This document shows positions 34,608 to 45,300 of a DNA stretch of 64,000 bases, one piece after another. This DNA is from Planctomycetota bacterium. Its GTDB lineage: Bacteria > Planctomycetota > UBA1135 > JACQFD01. A model generated the notes under the pieces. It worked only from the letters and a program-made list of their open reading frames with translations, did no database searches and was not told the origin of the DNA. The DNA lies in contig JAEUHX010000076.1 of the NCBI GenBank assembly GCA_016792805.1, positions 29,541-93,540 of the forward strand, read 5' to 3'. How positions within the stretch are numbered: the stretch's first letter is position 1; each line of letters starts with the position of its first letter. Both the position numbers and the translations under genes were made by a program.

Positions 34608-36542
34608 CTACTTAGGCTGCGCTTCGACGGAGATGGAGTGGATCGCCGAGGCGGGGGAGGCAAGGGCGAGCGCTTCAACGCGAAGCCACGTGGCTCCGGC
34701 GGGCACATCGAGCCAAGCATCCGGCGGGACGGGGGAGCGATGGATCTTTCCGTCTTTGCGCCACGTGAGGAGCGGTGGCGCCGACTGTTTTGTACCATCA
34801 GGCCACAGAACGAGCCCCTCGACATGGACGCGCACGCGGCCGACGCCGGAGAGGTCGAGGACCGGCAGCGCCACTTGCTCTCCCTGCCGTTCGCCCACGC
34901 GCTTCGCTGCGGGATGCAGAGTCTCCGCGGCCTGCGGAAACTGTAACGGGAACGGCTCCCGATCGGCGGGGAGGGAAAAGACCAACGATTCGCCCGCTTG
35001 GAGCCGCCGCGCCGGAGCGGGATTGCTCCAATCGACGAGCTGCTTGCTCTCCCAATCCATCCGGAAGAGCGCATCCACGTCGAACACCGCCGAATAGAGC
35101 GCCGTCGGCTCGAGGTCGCGGCGGCCAGCGAGCGCCGGTAGGGCGAACTCGAGCTCGCTCTGCACCCCTTCAATCAAATCTGGAAGTCCATAGATCGCGA
35201 TCTGTGACTTCTGCGGCAGCTTTGCCAGCTCCGCGCTGCTCGCCTGCGCGGCGACCTCAATCGCCTGCGCCGCGCGCCGGTAGGCGCCGAGGTTCCATTG
35301 CCCGATACCGAGGCTCGCCGCCAGCGCGGCCGCGGGAATCGCCCAGCGAAGGCGTCCTGCACCAGCGAAAGCCCATAAAAGCGACAGCCCGATACCGGGA
35401 GCATACAGATGCCGCACATGGGTCAGATAGGGGTCGAGCGGGAACTTCGGAAGCGTCGTCGCGAGAAGCAGCAAGAAGACGGCGCCTCCGACCACTAACC
35501 CTCTCCGCGCCGCCGCGCGCGCCGGCAGAAAAGCCAGCGCGGCCACGGGGAGCGCGCTCGCGATTCCTTCCACCCAGGGTCCGACGCCCGGGCGCACCGG
35601 CAGCCAGCTCCGCGCCGGGAGGTCGGTCGCGAAGGCTTCGGCCGCAGTCGCGAGCGTTTCTGCGGAGAGCATCTTTTTCCCGGTGATCGGATCCACATAT
35701 CCGCCGAACCCGCCGAGGAAGGCCCATCTCGCCACAAATCCAGAGCCCACCACCGCTGCGAACGGCATCGCCGCCCGCACCCCCGCACGCCAGCGGCCAA
35801 GGCGCCCGCGGCATCCGGCCAGAAATGCCACACCTACGATGGGATAAATGGTCTCCTTCGAGAGCACGGAGAGCGCGCAGAGCGCGGCGGCGCCCGCCAC
35901 GCGTCCCGCGCTCGCGCCGCGCGGGGGAATGCACAAAAGAGCCGCCCACGCAAAACCCGTCGAGAGCAGCAGCTCGGCATTGGTGATCCACGCCGCCGTG
36001 TCGAGCCCCGACGGGTGCGCCGCAAAGAGGAGCGCGCCCGCGAACGAGAGGCCGCGCGGCGCCCCGAGCCTGCGCAGCACCGGGCCCGCCAGCGCGGCGT
36101 TGGCCGCGAAAAGTATTGTGCACAAAATGTGCCCCGCGGCGGCGTCCGTCGGCGCAAAGCGTCCGAGGAACCACCACAAAACCCACACCACCGGGCGAAA
36201 CCACATCTCGCCCTTCGAAGGATTGAGCAACGCGTCGAACGGGTGGGGGCGCAGGCCGTGGAATCGCAGGTGCGCCCAATCGTCCGAAAAGTAAGGAAAG
36301 GCCAGCGTGGGCGCGGCCGCAAGCGCCGCCACCAGCGCCGGAGCGCCGAGCAGAATCCAACGGCTGCGCGGCGAGCGCAGATCGCATACGCGTCCGCGCC
36401 CGCGGGCGAGGAACGCCGCTGCGAGCGCGAGCGCCGCGATATGGCATCCATTGACGCCCGCCGGGCCGAGCAGGGCCAGCGCGGGGTTCACCGCCAGCAG
36501 TGCAGCCAGGGCGGCGAGGAGGGCTCGAACCGCTCGATCCAC
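34608..36542 (-). CDS. Polytopic membrane protein, putative GT-C-fold glycosyltransferase (PMT/TMTC/ArnT-like)
   Basis: There are at least 10 hydrophobic segments in the N-terminal roughly 400 aa. An acidic motif in the first loop (FPYFSDDWAHLRF...MWFRPVVW) resembles the GT-C DD/DE loop. The soluble C-terminal domain is about 230 aa. Confidence 0.5.
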   Translation of the reverse strand: MDRAVRALLAALAALLAVNPALALLGPAGVNGCHIAALALAAAFLARGRGRVCDLRSPRSRWILLGAPALVAALAAAPTLAFPYFSDDWAHLRFHGLRPHPFDALLNPSKGEMWFRPVVWVLWWFLGRFAPTDAAAGHILCTILFAANAALAGPVLRRLGAPRGLSFAGALLFAAHPSGLDTAAWITNAELLLSTGFAWAALLCIPPRGASAGRVAGAAALCALSVLSKETIYPIVGVAFLAGCRGRLGRWRAGVRAAMPFAAVVGSGFVARWAFLGGFGGYVDPITGKKMLSAETLATAAEAFATDLPARSWLPVRPGVGPWVEGIASALPVAALAFLPARAAARRGLVVGGAVFLLLLATTLPKFPLDPYLTHVRHLYAPGIGLSLLWAFAGAGRLRWAIPAAALAASLGIGQWNLGAYRRAAQAIEVAAQASSAELAKLPQKSQIAIYGLPDLIEGVQSELEFALPALAGRRDLEPTALYSAVFDVDALFRMDWESKQLVDWSNPAPARRLQAGESLVFSLPADREPFPLQFPQAAETLHPAAKRVGERQGEQVALPVLDLSGVGRVRVHVEGLVLWPDGTKQSAPPLLTWRKDGKIHRSPVPPDAWLDVPAGATWLRVEALALASPASAIHSISVEAQPK

Positions 36543-36563
36543 GGTGCGCCCGTCGTCTCCCCG

Positions 36564-37427
36564 CTACTCCAAAAGCCTTTTATACACTTCGCGAGTCGCC
36601 GTGCTGCGGTTCAGCGTGTAAAAGTGAACTCCAGGCGCGCCGCGGTCGAGCAGCTCGCGCGCCTGCGCCGTCGCGTGGTCGCAGCCGACGCGGAATACCT
36701 CCACCGGATCGCCCGCACACCGCTCGAGCCGTTTCAGCAGCGGCTCCGGCAGCTTCGCTCCGCACATTTTTGTGAATCGCTGGATCTGCTCCAGGTTCGT
36801 CACCGGCATCAACCCGGGCACGATCGGCACCGTGATTCCTGCCGCGCGCGCGGAATCCACAAATCGGAAATAATCGGCGTTGTCGAAGAAAAGTTGCGTC
36901 ACCAAGAAATCGACGCCGGCGTCGACCTTTATCTTCAAATGGGCGAGGTCGAGCGCGTGGTCGCGGCATTCCACATGCGTCTCGGGGTAGCAGGCGCCGC
37001 CGACGCAGAAATCAAAATTCTCCTCGAGGAATCCGACGAGCTCGCTGGCGTAGCGGAAGCCGCCCTCGACTGCGCGAAAGGCGCTCTCGCCCTTCGGCGG
37101 GTCGCCGCGAAGCGCCAGCACGTTGCGCACTCCCGCGTCGTGGAGCGTCTGCGCGACGGCGGCGAGCTCCTCCTTCGTGTGCCCGACGCAGGTGAGGTGC
37201 GCCATCGCAGTAAGCCCAATTTCGCGCTGAATGCGCGACACGAGCGCAATGGTGCGATCGCGCGTCGAGCCGCCCGCGCCGTAGGTCACCGACACGAAGT
37301 CGGGCCGCAGGCGCCGCAGCTCCTGAATCCGGCCAAAAAGCGCGTCCACCCCGGAGTCGTCCTTCGGCGGAAAGAACTCGAAGGAGAAGACGGGGCGGCC
37401 GAGGTCGAACAGGTCGCGGATGCGCAC
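36564..37427 (-). CDS. metF: 5,10-methylenetetrahydrofolate reductase
   Basis: Motifs are FSFEFFPPK, VTYGAGGSTRDRT, ALRGDPPKG and TQLFFD. I place the start at GTG 37427 (VRIRDLFDL). The remainder of the 500-aa track ORF is an Arg/Gly-rich extension. Confidence 0.9.
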   Translation of the reverse strand: MRIRDLFDLGRPVFSFEFFPPKDDSGVDALFGRIQELRRLRPDFVSVTYGAGGSTRDRTIALVSRIQREIGLTAMAHLTCVGHTKEELAAVAQTLHDAGVRNVLALRGDPPKGESAFRAVEGGFRYASELVGFLEENFDFCVGGACYPETHVECRDHALDLAHLKIKVDAGVDFLVTQLFFDNADYFRFVDSARAAGITVPIVPGLMPVTNLEQIQRFTKMCGAKLPEPLLKRLERCAGDPVEVFRVGCDHATAQARELLDRGAPGVHFYTLNRSTATREVYKRLLE

Positions 37428-37486
37428 GGTGGCCAGAATATCGGCCGAAACCTCGATCCCGCCGTGGCGCGTCGCGGGCGTGGCGG

Positions 37487-39523
37487 TCAGCGCCCACGCG
37501 ACAGGGCCGGATGGCGCGCCAGCTCCTCCGCGGCCAGCGCCGCGCGCGCCGCGTGAGCGGCCGCCCGCGGCAGCCAGCCGCCGGAGTGGAAATCCAGGTC
37601 GCGAGTCGTGGCGCGCCCCGTGTTGAGGAGCGGAGCGGGGGAGATCGCCGCGACGAGCGCCGCCGTCTCGTTCCAACGGGCGACCGCGAGGTGCACGCCC
37701 GCCGATGCGCCCTGGCCGGCTCCGGTGTGGAGGAGCACCGGCACGGCTCCCGTGCCGCGGATGAGATCGCAGAGCGTGCGCAGGTTGCGGCCCAGCGCGA
37801 GACGGCTCGGCTCCGTGATCGTGGGCTCGTCGGGAAGCGGGCGCTGCGCGCTCCGCACCGCGCGCAACGGAACGCCGCAGCGCGATGGGTCGCGCCCCAC
37901 CCGCGGCGGCACCCGATCCCAAGGGAACTGCTCCCCGATCTCGAACGGCTTTCGCGCGTGGGATCCGTCCGTTCGGAACCCAGGCGTCAGGATCGGCAGG
38001 CTGTCCTCGAGGTCGTGGGCGAGGATCACCATGTCGGGCCGAACACTCTCGGCGCGAAGGTGCCACGCGGCGAGCGACTCGGCCGTCGTGTAGCCGGGAA
38101 ATGCAAAGTTCACGACTTCGGCGCCGGCGATGCCCCGGCTGCGAAGCTCCGCTTCGAGGCGCCGCGGGAAGCTCTCCGGCTCAGTGCACAAAAGCCCATA
38201 AGCAGAGGATCCTCCGAGCACCACAATTCGAGGTGCCGCCTTTTCCGCGGCAGGAAGCGGCCCGCGGCCGCCAAGCGAGTTGTGCGGGCCGAGCGTGCCG
38301 GCGGCTGGGCCCGACCGCGGACCATACAAAAGGAACGGGAGCGGTTCGACGGCGGCGCCGCTGCGGAGCGCCTCGGTTTCCACGCACTCCGGCGCCGCAT
38401 CCACAATTGGATCATTCACCCGATCGGGAACGCGAAAGCGCGCGGGCTCCGCGGGCGCGGGCCGCTCGAGAAGTTTCTTTTCCACACACGCTTTTGCGAG
38501 CAGCTCGGCGAACCGCGCCGCGCCCTCGGAAGTGTGGTGAACGGGATCGTCGCCAAAGAAGCTACCCGCCGACGGAAACGATCGGGAAATATCCACCATC
38601 GGTACCTGGTGCGCCTGCGCGAAGCGGCGCGTGCGATCGTTCATCGCCTCCATCTTCTCCTGCCAAGCTTGGCTCAGCGGCCGATAGGTGTGCGGCACGA
38701 GCAGGAGGGCAATTCCACGATAAGTTGCAATGGAATGAACCCCGGTCAGCGCGCGCTCCCACGGGGACGACCCGCCCGAAACCGGCCGGCTCACGGGGCG
38801 CGATGCGGGCCCCGAGAGGCCGCGGTTTCGCTGCGTCCAGTACGACAGGGCCGAGCGGCCCGGCGGAACCAAAAGCGAATCTTGAAGGACTTCCACAAAA
38901 AAGCTCTTTCTGAGCAATCGCTGCGGCGTTGACCACTCGCACTCTTCCTCGGTCCAAACTCTCCGCAGCTCGAGCGGCGAGCTGGCAAGGTGCTCCGCCG
39001 TCAGATCATTGGCGCCGTGGTAGACCACGAGCAAGTCGGGCTCATGGTCGAGCACCTTCAACAAAAGCTGAAAGAACGTCTCCGTGCCCGTGTAGCCCGG
39101 CACACCAAAATTGAGAACCTCAACATTCTTATCCGGCCGCATAGCGCGCAGCCAATCCTCAAGCTGTACCGGATAAGTTTCTTCCTCGCCGAGTGAGGTT
39201 CCAAACGTCGTCGAGCCGCCGAGGCATGCGATGCGAAACACCCCAGCCGGCTTCGCAATGGGGCGATCAAGCCCGCGAAGCCCCATGCGGGACACGCGCT
39301 CTCCCGTGCCCTTTTGTGTATTCGGCGCGAGCTCCCAGACGAGGTAGGGATGGGGGCGGTAGATCGACGGCTTCTCGAGCGCTCCCAGCTCGGCGCCGGC
39401 CCGCCAAGCAATCGCGCGCAGCAGCCCTTCCGCGAGCAGGACGGCGAGCGCGCAGCCGAGAGCCAGCGCGCGCAGGCGCGCAGAGACCCGATGCGTGGGA
39501 ACCCGATGCGTGGGCGTGCCCAT
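37487..39523 (-). CDS. Membrane-anchored protein with two tandem SGNH/GDSL-hydrolase-like domains
   Basis: The N-terminal TM is [19 protein letters not shown]. Block I-like motifs occur twice ([13 protein letters not shown]; [12 protein letters not shown]). A DxxH-like block follows the first domain (GDDPVHHT). Confidence 0.7.
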   Translation of the reverse strand: MGTPTHRVPTHRVSARLRALALGCALAVLLAEGLLRAIAWRAGAELGALEKPSIYRPHPYLVWELAPNTQKGTGERVSRMGLRGLDRPIAKPAGVFRIACLGGSTTFGTSLGEEETYPVQLEDWLRAMRPDKNVEVLNFGVPGYTGTETFFQLLLKVLDHEPDLLVVYHGANDLTAEHLASSPLELRRVWTEEECEWSTPQRLLRKSFFVEVLQDSLLVPPGRSALSYWTQRNRGLSGPASRPVSRPVSGGSSPWERALTGVHSIATYRGIALLLVPHTYRPLSQAWQEKMEAMNDRTRRFAQAHQVPMVDISRSFPSAGSFFGDDPVHHTSEGAARFAELLAKACVEKKLLERPAPAEPARFRVPDRVNDPIVDAAPECVETEALRSGAAVEPLPFLLYGPRSGPAAGTLGPHNSLGGRGPLPAAEKAAPRIVVLGGSSAYGLLCTEPESFPRRLEAELRSRGIAGAEVVNFAFPGYTTAESLAAWHLRAESVRPDMVILAHDLEDSLPILTPGFRTDGSHARKPFEIGEQFPWDRVPPRVGRDPSRCGVPLRAVRSAQRPLPDEPTITEPSRLALGRNLRTLCDLIRGTGAVPVLLHTGAGQGASAGVHLAVARWNETAALVAAISPAPLLNTGRATTRDLDFHSGGWLPRAAAHAARAALAAEELARHPALSRGR

Positions 39524-39607
39524 GGGAACCTGTCGGCGCCGTCCCGGTGCGGTGGGTGCGGCGCTCGTGCGCGGAAGATACTCGCGGGTCGGCTCGCCCG
39601 CCCGTGG

Positions 39608-39811
39608 CTACGCCAGCAGATCCAGCAACGTGCCGAGAGTCCGATCGGCCACCTTCACGACGGCGGCGCCGGTCTCCACTTCGAGTTCCGCCACGCGCAG
39701 TTCCACGATCGGCTCGGGCTCGATCTCGCCCGCGGCAAGGCGCTCGGCGGCGCGCGTCATGCGCGTCTCGCCCGCCTGCATCATCGAAAGGCCGATTCCC
39801 GCGATCTCCAT
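39608..39811 (-). CDS. Small hypothetical protein (67 aa), weak YjfB/'putative motility protein'-like pattern
   Basis: The product is [26 protein letters not shown]...[19 protein letters not shown]. Third codon positions are strongly G/C as in neighbouring genes. It lies 84 nt upstream of the SGNH gene on the same strand. I recognise the family by pattern only. Confidence 0.4.
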   Translation of the reverse strand: MEIAGIGLSMMQAGETRMTRAAERLAAGEIEPEPIVELRVAELEVETGAAVVKVADRTLGTLLDLLA

Positions 39812-39945
39812 GCTGCCGTTCTCGGCCGGCGTGCGCCGCCGCCGGAGCGGCCGGGCGATCTTTTCCGCAAGCCCTGCGCGCGCTGCGCGGGCTTTCCGAG
39901 CGCCCGGAGCAGTTTCGCCACCGGCTCCTATACTCCGCGCCCCCT

Positions 39946-41493
39946 ATGACGCAGTCGCCCCACGAACGCCTTCAGCACATGCGCCGCGAGTCCGAGATGG
40001 GCGGCGGCCCCGAGCGCATCGAGCAGCAGCACAAGAAAGGGAAGCTGACGGCGCGCGAGCGCGTCGCGTTTCTCTTGGACGACGGCTCGTTCCTCGAGAG
40101 CGACCGATTTGTGACCCACCGCTGCACCGACTTCGGCCTCGACCAGCAGAAGTTCCTCGGCGACGGCGTCGTCACCGGGCACGGCCGCATCGATGGGCGC
40201 CCGGTGTTCGTCTTCGCGCAGGATTTCACCGTGTTCGGCGGCAGCCTCTCGGAGGCCCACGCGGCGAAAATCTGTAAGATTCTCGACCAGGCGATGAAAG
40301 TTGGGGTTCCGGTGATCGGGCTCTGCGATTCCGGCGGCGCGCGCATCCAAGAGGGCGTCGTCTCCCTGGGCGGCTACGCCGACATCTTCCTGCGCAACAC
40401 GCTGGCGTCGGGAGTGGTGCCGCAGATCTCTGCGATCCTCGGGCCTTGCGCGGGCGGCGCCGTCTACTCCCCGGCGCTGACCGATTTCGTGTTCATGGTG
40501 GAGGGCACTTCCTATCTGCACATCACCGGCCCCGACGTGGTGAAGGCGGTGACCCACGAAGATGTAACCTCCGAGCAGCTCGGCGGCTCATCGGTGCACA
40601 TGCAGAAATCGGGCGTGGCTCATTTCGCCGCGCGCGACGACCGGGAGTGCTTGACACAAATCCGAGAGTTGATGTCGTACCTTCCGCTCAATAATGCGGA
40701 GGATCCGCCGGTCATTCCCTGCGAAGACGATCCGCTGCGGCGCGACGCGAAGCTCGATTCGATCGTGCCGGCCGATCCGCAGAAGCCCTACGACATGAAG
40801 GACGTGATCAAGCTCGTCGTCGATCACGGGAAGTTCCTCGAGGTGCAGCGCGATTTCGCGCGCAACATGATTGTCGGATTCGCGCGGCTCGGTGGGCGCT
40901 CCGTTGGGATTATTGCCAATCAGCCCGCCCACCTGGCCGGCTGCCTCGATATCGACGCATCGGTCAAGGGCGGCCGCTTCATCCGCTTCTGTGATGCGTT
41001 CAATATTCCGATCCTGACGTTCGAGGACGTCCCCGGGTTCCTCCCGGGCACACACCAAGAATACGGCGGCATCATCCGGCACGGCGCGAAGCTTCTATAT
41101 GCTTATTGTGAAGCCACCGTTCCGAAGCTCACGGTCATCACGCGCAAAGCCTATGGCGGCGCCTACGACGTGATGGCAAGCAAACACATCCGCGCCGATT
41201 TGAACCTCGCGTGGCCCGGCGCCGAGATCGCCGTCATGGGAGCGGAAGGTGCGGCGAAAATTATCTTTCGCCGGGAGATCCAGTCGGCGTCCGATCCGAA
41301 GGCCGAGGAGGCGCGCAAGATTGCGGAGTACCGCGAGAAGTTCGCCCATCCCTATCACGCGGCCTCGCGCGGCTACATCGACGACGTGATCGAGCCGAGC
41401 GAGACGCGATCGAGGCTCATCGCCGCGCTCGAATTGTTGCGCACGAAGCGCGACCGCAACCCGCCGCGCAAGCACGGGAACATCCCGCTGTAG
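39946..41493 (+). CDS. pccB: Acyl-CoA carboxylase carboxyltransferase subunit (propionyl-CoA carboxylase beta / methylmalonyl-CoA carboxyltransferase-like)
   Basis: I place the start at ATG 39946 ([15 protein letters not shown]). Motifs are [35 protein letters not shown] and [10 protein letters not shown]. The track start at 39193 is an extension. Confidence 0.9.
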   Translation: MTQSPHERLQHMRRESEMGGGPERIEQQHKKGKLTARERVAFLLDDGSFLESDRFVTHRCTDFGLDQQKFLGDGVVTGHGRIDGRPVFVFAQDFTVFGGSLSEAHAAKICKILDQAMKVGVPVIGLCDSGGARIQEGVVSLGGYADIFLRNTLASGVVPQISAILGPCAGGAVYSPALTDFVFMVEGTSYLHITGPDVVKAVTHEDVTSEQLGGSSVHMQKSGVAHFAARDDRECLTQIRELMSYLPLNNAEDPPVIPCEDDPLRRDAKLDSIVPADPQKPYDMKDVIKLVVDHGKFLEVQRDFARNMIVGFARLGGRSVGIIANQPAHLAGCLDIDASVKGGRFIRFCDAFNIPILTFEDVPGFLPGTHQEYGGIIRHGAKLLYAYCEATVPKLTVITRKAYGGAYDVMASKHIRADLNLAWPGAEIAVMGAEGAAKIIFRREIQSASDPKAEEARKIAEYREKFAHPYHAASRGYIDDVIEPSETRSRLIAALELLRTKRDRNPPRKHGNIPL

Positions 41494-41521
41494 TGCCGGC
41501 TTTTGTGGTTTCTTTGCGGCG

Positions 41522-42211
41522 ATGTCCGGTATGCCTCGAGCGGCTTGGTGGGCTGCGGCGATCGCAGCGCTGGTGCTCGCGGCGATCTCGCTTTTCGTTT
41601 GGCTCTCGTGGCCGCATCTCCCCGATCCGCTCTCGGCCTCTGAAAGAGCTCGAGAGCTCGGCCGAAACCGGCTGCGCGCGCTGCTGCGGGCCCACGGAGC
41701 CGACGCCAGCGCTTCGGTTTGGCGGGAGACGGAATCGCTGCGGGCGGTTGTTCTGGAGGATGAGTGGAGCCGTAAGCAGCTCTCGGGGGCTCAACTCGTG
41801 CTCTGGCCCGCCTCCGATCGCCTCGTCCTGGGCTCGACCGATACGTTGGCCTTTGAACTTCGCTCCCTCCGCTACCTGGCGTCGCTGCCGTTCAAATTCG
41901 CGGACCCCGGGGTGGTCGTTGCCGAGATGGAGCCGGAGCCTGCCACGGGATATCCGCGGCTGCTGATTGGCTTCGAGCCGAGACCCGGCGCTCCCGAGGG
42001 CGACCGCTATGCCGCCATGATCCACCCGGAGACGGGGCGGCTCGCGGCGCTGGAATACCGCCCCACGGAGGTCTTCTGGCCCGCCGGCGTACGCGTGCGC
42101 TACCGATGGATCGAGGGTCCGCGCGGCCTGCTGCTCCCCGAGTCGATCGTGGCCTACACCGTGCCCTTCGGCCTCAGAACCCACTCGATCCGTCTCCGGA
42201 GCTGGAGGTAA
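41522..42211 (+). CDS. Membrane-anchored hypothetical protein
   Basis: The N-terminal TM is AAWWAAAIAALVLAAISLFVWL, followed by a beta-rich periplasmic part. I recognise no motif. Confidence 0.55.
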   Translation: MSGMPRAAWWAAAIAALVLAAISLFVWLSWPHLPDPLSASERARELGRNRLRALLRAHGADASASVWRETESLRAVVLEDEWSRKQLSGAQLVLWPASDRLVLGSTDTLAFELRSLRYLASLPFKFADPGVVVAEMEPEPATGYPRLLIGFEPRPGAPEGDRYAAMIHPETGRLAALEYRPTEVFWPAGVRVRYRWIEGPRGLLLPESIVAYTVPFGLRTHSIRLRSWR

Positions 42212-42348
42212 CCACCCTCTGGACGGGAGCGCTCCGACGCAGCAGACTTTCCCCTTGCCAGATCGGCGATTCCCGTTGGAGACACCGGGGCGCCCTGGCA
42301 ATCCCCGACCGCCGGCTTTCTCCCGTCGGCAGCCCCCGAACACGAAGG

Positions 42349-45300
42349 ATGGGAAATCACGTGGCACGAGACGCAGCGATCCAGGATCTCGAGCACCAAT
42401 TTTGGGCTTGGCGTTTTGTGGTATTTGGGGCGAAGCTCGGAAAGACTCCGGAGGTGCGTCCCGAAGAGAGCGCCGAGGTTCTCGCGGAGAGATGGTTCAT
42501 CTTGGGGCAGAGCCTGCTCATGGGGCTGGCGCAGTTCATCATTCGCGATGAGCATCTCGCGGAAGAGGCGGTGGCGGATGCGCTGAGGAAGTCCAAGGAA
42601 GCTGCCGAAGGGTTCGACGGCCGGTGTCCTGTCTATTGGTGGCTTCGGAAAATTGTTCGGCGTGCTTCGATCCACCAGGCCAACAAACGGAGCCGTCGAC
42701 AGGACGCGATTCCGTTCGCCGACGCGCCGGTCGAGATCATTGCTGCTGACCGCGATCGATCCTTGGTGAGCGCGGCAGATCTCGAAGCGGCCATTGAGGC
42801 CATTATTGCGAGTCTGCCCGAGAAGCAGGCCACTGCCATTCATCTCCTGCTCTTTCAGGAGATGACCATTTCCGAGATTGCACAATTGCTTGGCGATAAG
42901 TACGATGCGGTCCACTCTCGCGTGTACGAAGCGAAGCTCAAGCTTCGAGATGAGCTCAGGCGCAAGGGGTTTTCGCTTGCGGTGCTTGGGGAGGTTCCGC
43001 TCTTGGCGAATGCGATGCGATCCGTCAAGCCGAGCAGCGAAGCGACTGCGCGGATCGCGGCTTTGGCGCGCGCGCCGATGCGAAGAGGTGTCATCCGTCA
43101 GCCCTGGTTCATGGGCTCCATGGCGGCGGCGTCGGCTGCGGCTCTGCTGGCATCGATCAGTGTGCATGCATGGGCGATCGATGCTTCGGGCGGGTCACAG
43201 AGCATCCGTGGCGACGTATCCCACGAGAATGGAAATCAGCCCACAAATCCAAGTGTCGCAACGATGCCTGGCGTCGGCGGCAAGACGAGCCCGGCGCAGG
43301 CCGTCGCATCCAGCGGCGGCTACGGGGTTTCGGGGCGGATCCTGATGCCGCAATCACAAAACGGAGTGCCCGTGCCGGTCGCGGCCGGAGAAGTCCGCTA
43401 TCGCGACAACGACGGCAATGAACGGCTCCTGGCGGCCATTGTGAACGGCGAGATCGTGTCCGTTTCGGACTTGCCGAAGGGCCTGAAACCGGGGCGGATC
43501 ATTTTCATCGATAGCGCGAAGAGCGCGGCGCGCGTCGAATTTGTAAGGGCGCCAGGCCCCAATACTGAGATTTCACTTTTTCCGGGATGGAATGATCTCG
43601 GCGTGCTGACGCTCGATCCCATTGCTTGGGTGAGTGCAAGTGTGATGTATTCCAATGGCACTCCTGCGCCGGGAATGTACATTGCATTCTCCTCGGATCT
43701 GAAATCTCCCGCGGCGGGGCGTTTCAACGGTACCGTGCGTACAGATGGCGATGGGCACGCACGGTTTGCCGTTCCGGCCGGTGTTCAGACGAAGATTCGC
43801 GTCTACGCAGCCGATTACACCTCTGAGCCTCAGATCATGACTCTGGCTCAGGGCCAAGAAGTGGGAGCGGCTCCGTTCACTCTTCCCGATCTCGTGAAGG
43901 CGAAGTACCGATTCGTGACTCCCGCGGGCGGAAGCATTCATGCGCCGATGCTGCGGAAGAAGTCGGACGGCCTCGTGACGGCGAATCTCCAGGTACAGCC
44001 AAGCTCCGATCCGGAGGTGGTGGAGGTGTTGCGCAAGCCGAATGTCCCGCTTGCGATCGATCTCTGGTTGACGCCGAAGGACTTCGTTGCTGTGACTTTG
44101 CCTCCGCTTTCGGAATCGGTCTCCGAGCCGATTCCCATCGCCGTTGCCGCGGACACTTGGACTGCGAGAATTGCGCGCCCCACGGCTGTGAGCGAAGGCG
44201 AGCTCGTTACAGTTGTTATCCCGGGCGCAGCGCGGCCGATCTTTGAGAAGGAGGTTCCATTCGGAGCTTTCCTCGATCTCTCACTGCCTCGTCCGGAGTC
44301 CGCAAACAGCCCGCTCACGGTCTGGGTCCTCAAGGACGGCCACCCCGTTGGGATCTGGAATTGGACTGTCGCACAAAAAACATGGGCCGAGGGACAGGCC
44401 CCCGCAGAGCTCTCAAAGCCCGAAGTCACCTGGGCGCCTCAGGTTCTCGACGCGGAGGGATCGCCGATTCCCGGCGCGACCGTCGGCGCTCGATTGGGCG
44501 ATCGGACGGTCTATGCGGAGGTCACCAATACCGAAGGACGAGCAACGCTCTCGGCGATTCCGTCGAGCGAGCTCACCTTCTATGTCGTTGCTCCCCAGTA
44601 TGCGCCGTGGATTCTGGAGCCGCCTCATGCGGGATCGAGCCTTCCGGCGACCGTTCCGCTCGCCCGGGTATCGTGGCTCGAGCTGCGACAGCTGAGTGAA
44701 GACCACGGATCGGAAAAGTGGTCTTTCACTCCGCCGGAGGAGATTCTTGAAGGGAATCGGGCGAACGACCGTGGAACGAGGATCTTCCGCGTGCCTACCG
44801 GTGCCGTTGTCAGAATTCCTATTTGGGTTACGGGAGGCCGGTTCGGTCGGGCGCGCCAGTCCGGTCCCCTCGATACCTCGGTGGTCGACTCGATCGATCT
44901 CGCCTTCGTACCGGGGGAGACCATCACGCTCGATCTCACCCAGGGGCTAACGGATGGGGTGGCTTCGATGGTGGCCAGCACGGGCGGGCTCTCTCCCGCC
45001 AATTTGGCGTGGGGCGCATTGTCCACGGACGACAAATTCCTGGCCGTCGGGCGAATTCAGAATGACGGTTCTTTCGACATTCGTGGGTTCGTGGACGGGG
45101 CCGTGGTGGATGTCTTTCCGATGGCTATGGGCGCGCTGAGCCCCGGCTCGAATCCCGAGGAGGTCAGGCGACGCATTGAAGCTCTCCGCGCGAACCCGCT
45201 GACTCGGGAATCCGTTGCCACGATCAAGATCCGAGCGGGAAGGTCGGGACAGTCCGCCGGGAATCCGGTGGGTGTCGATTTCTCGTCCATTGCCGCAACA

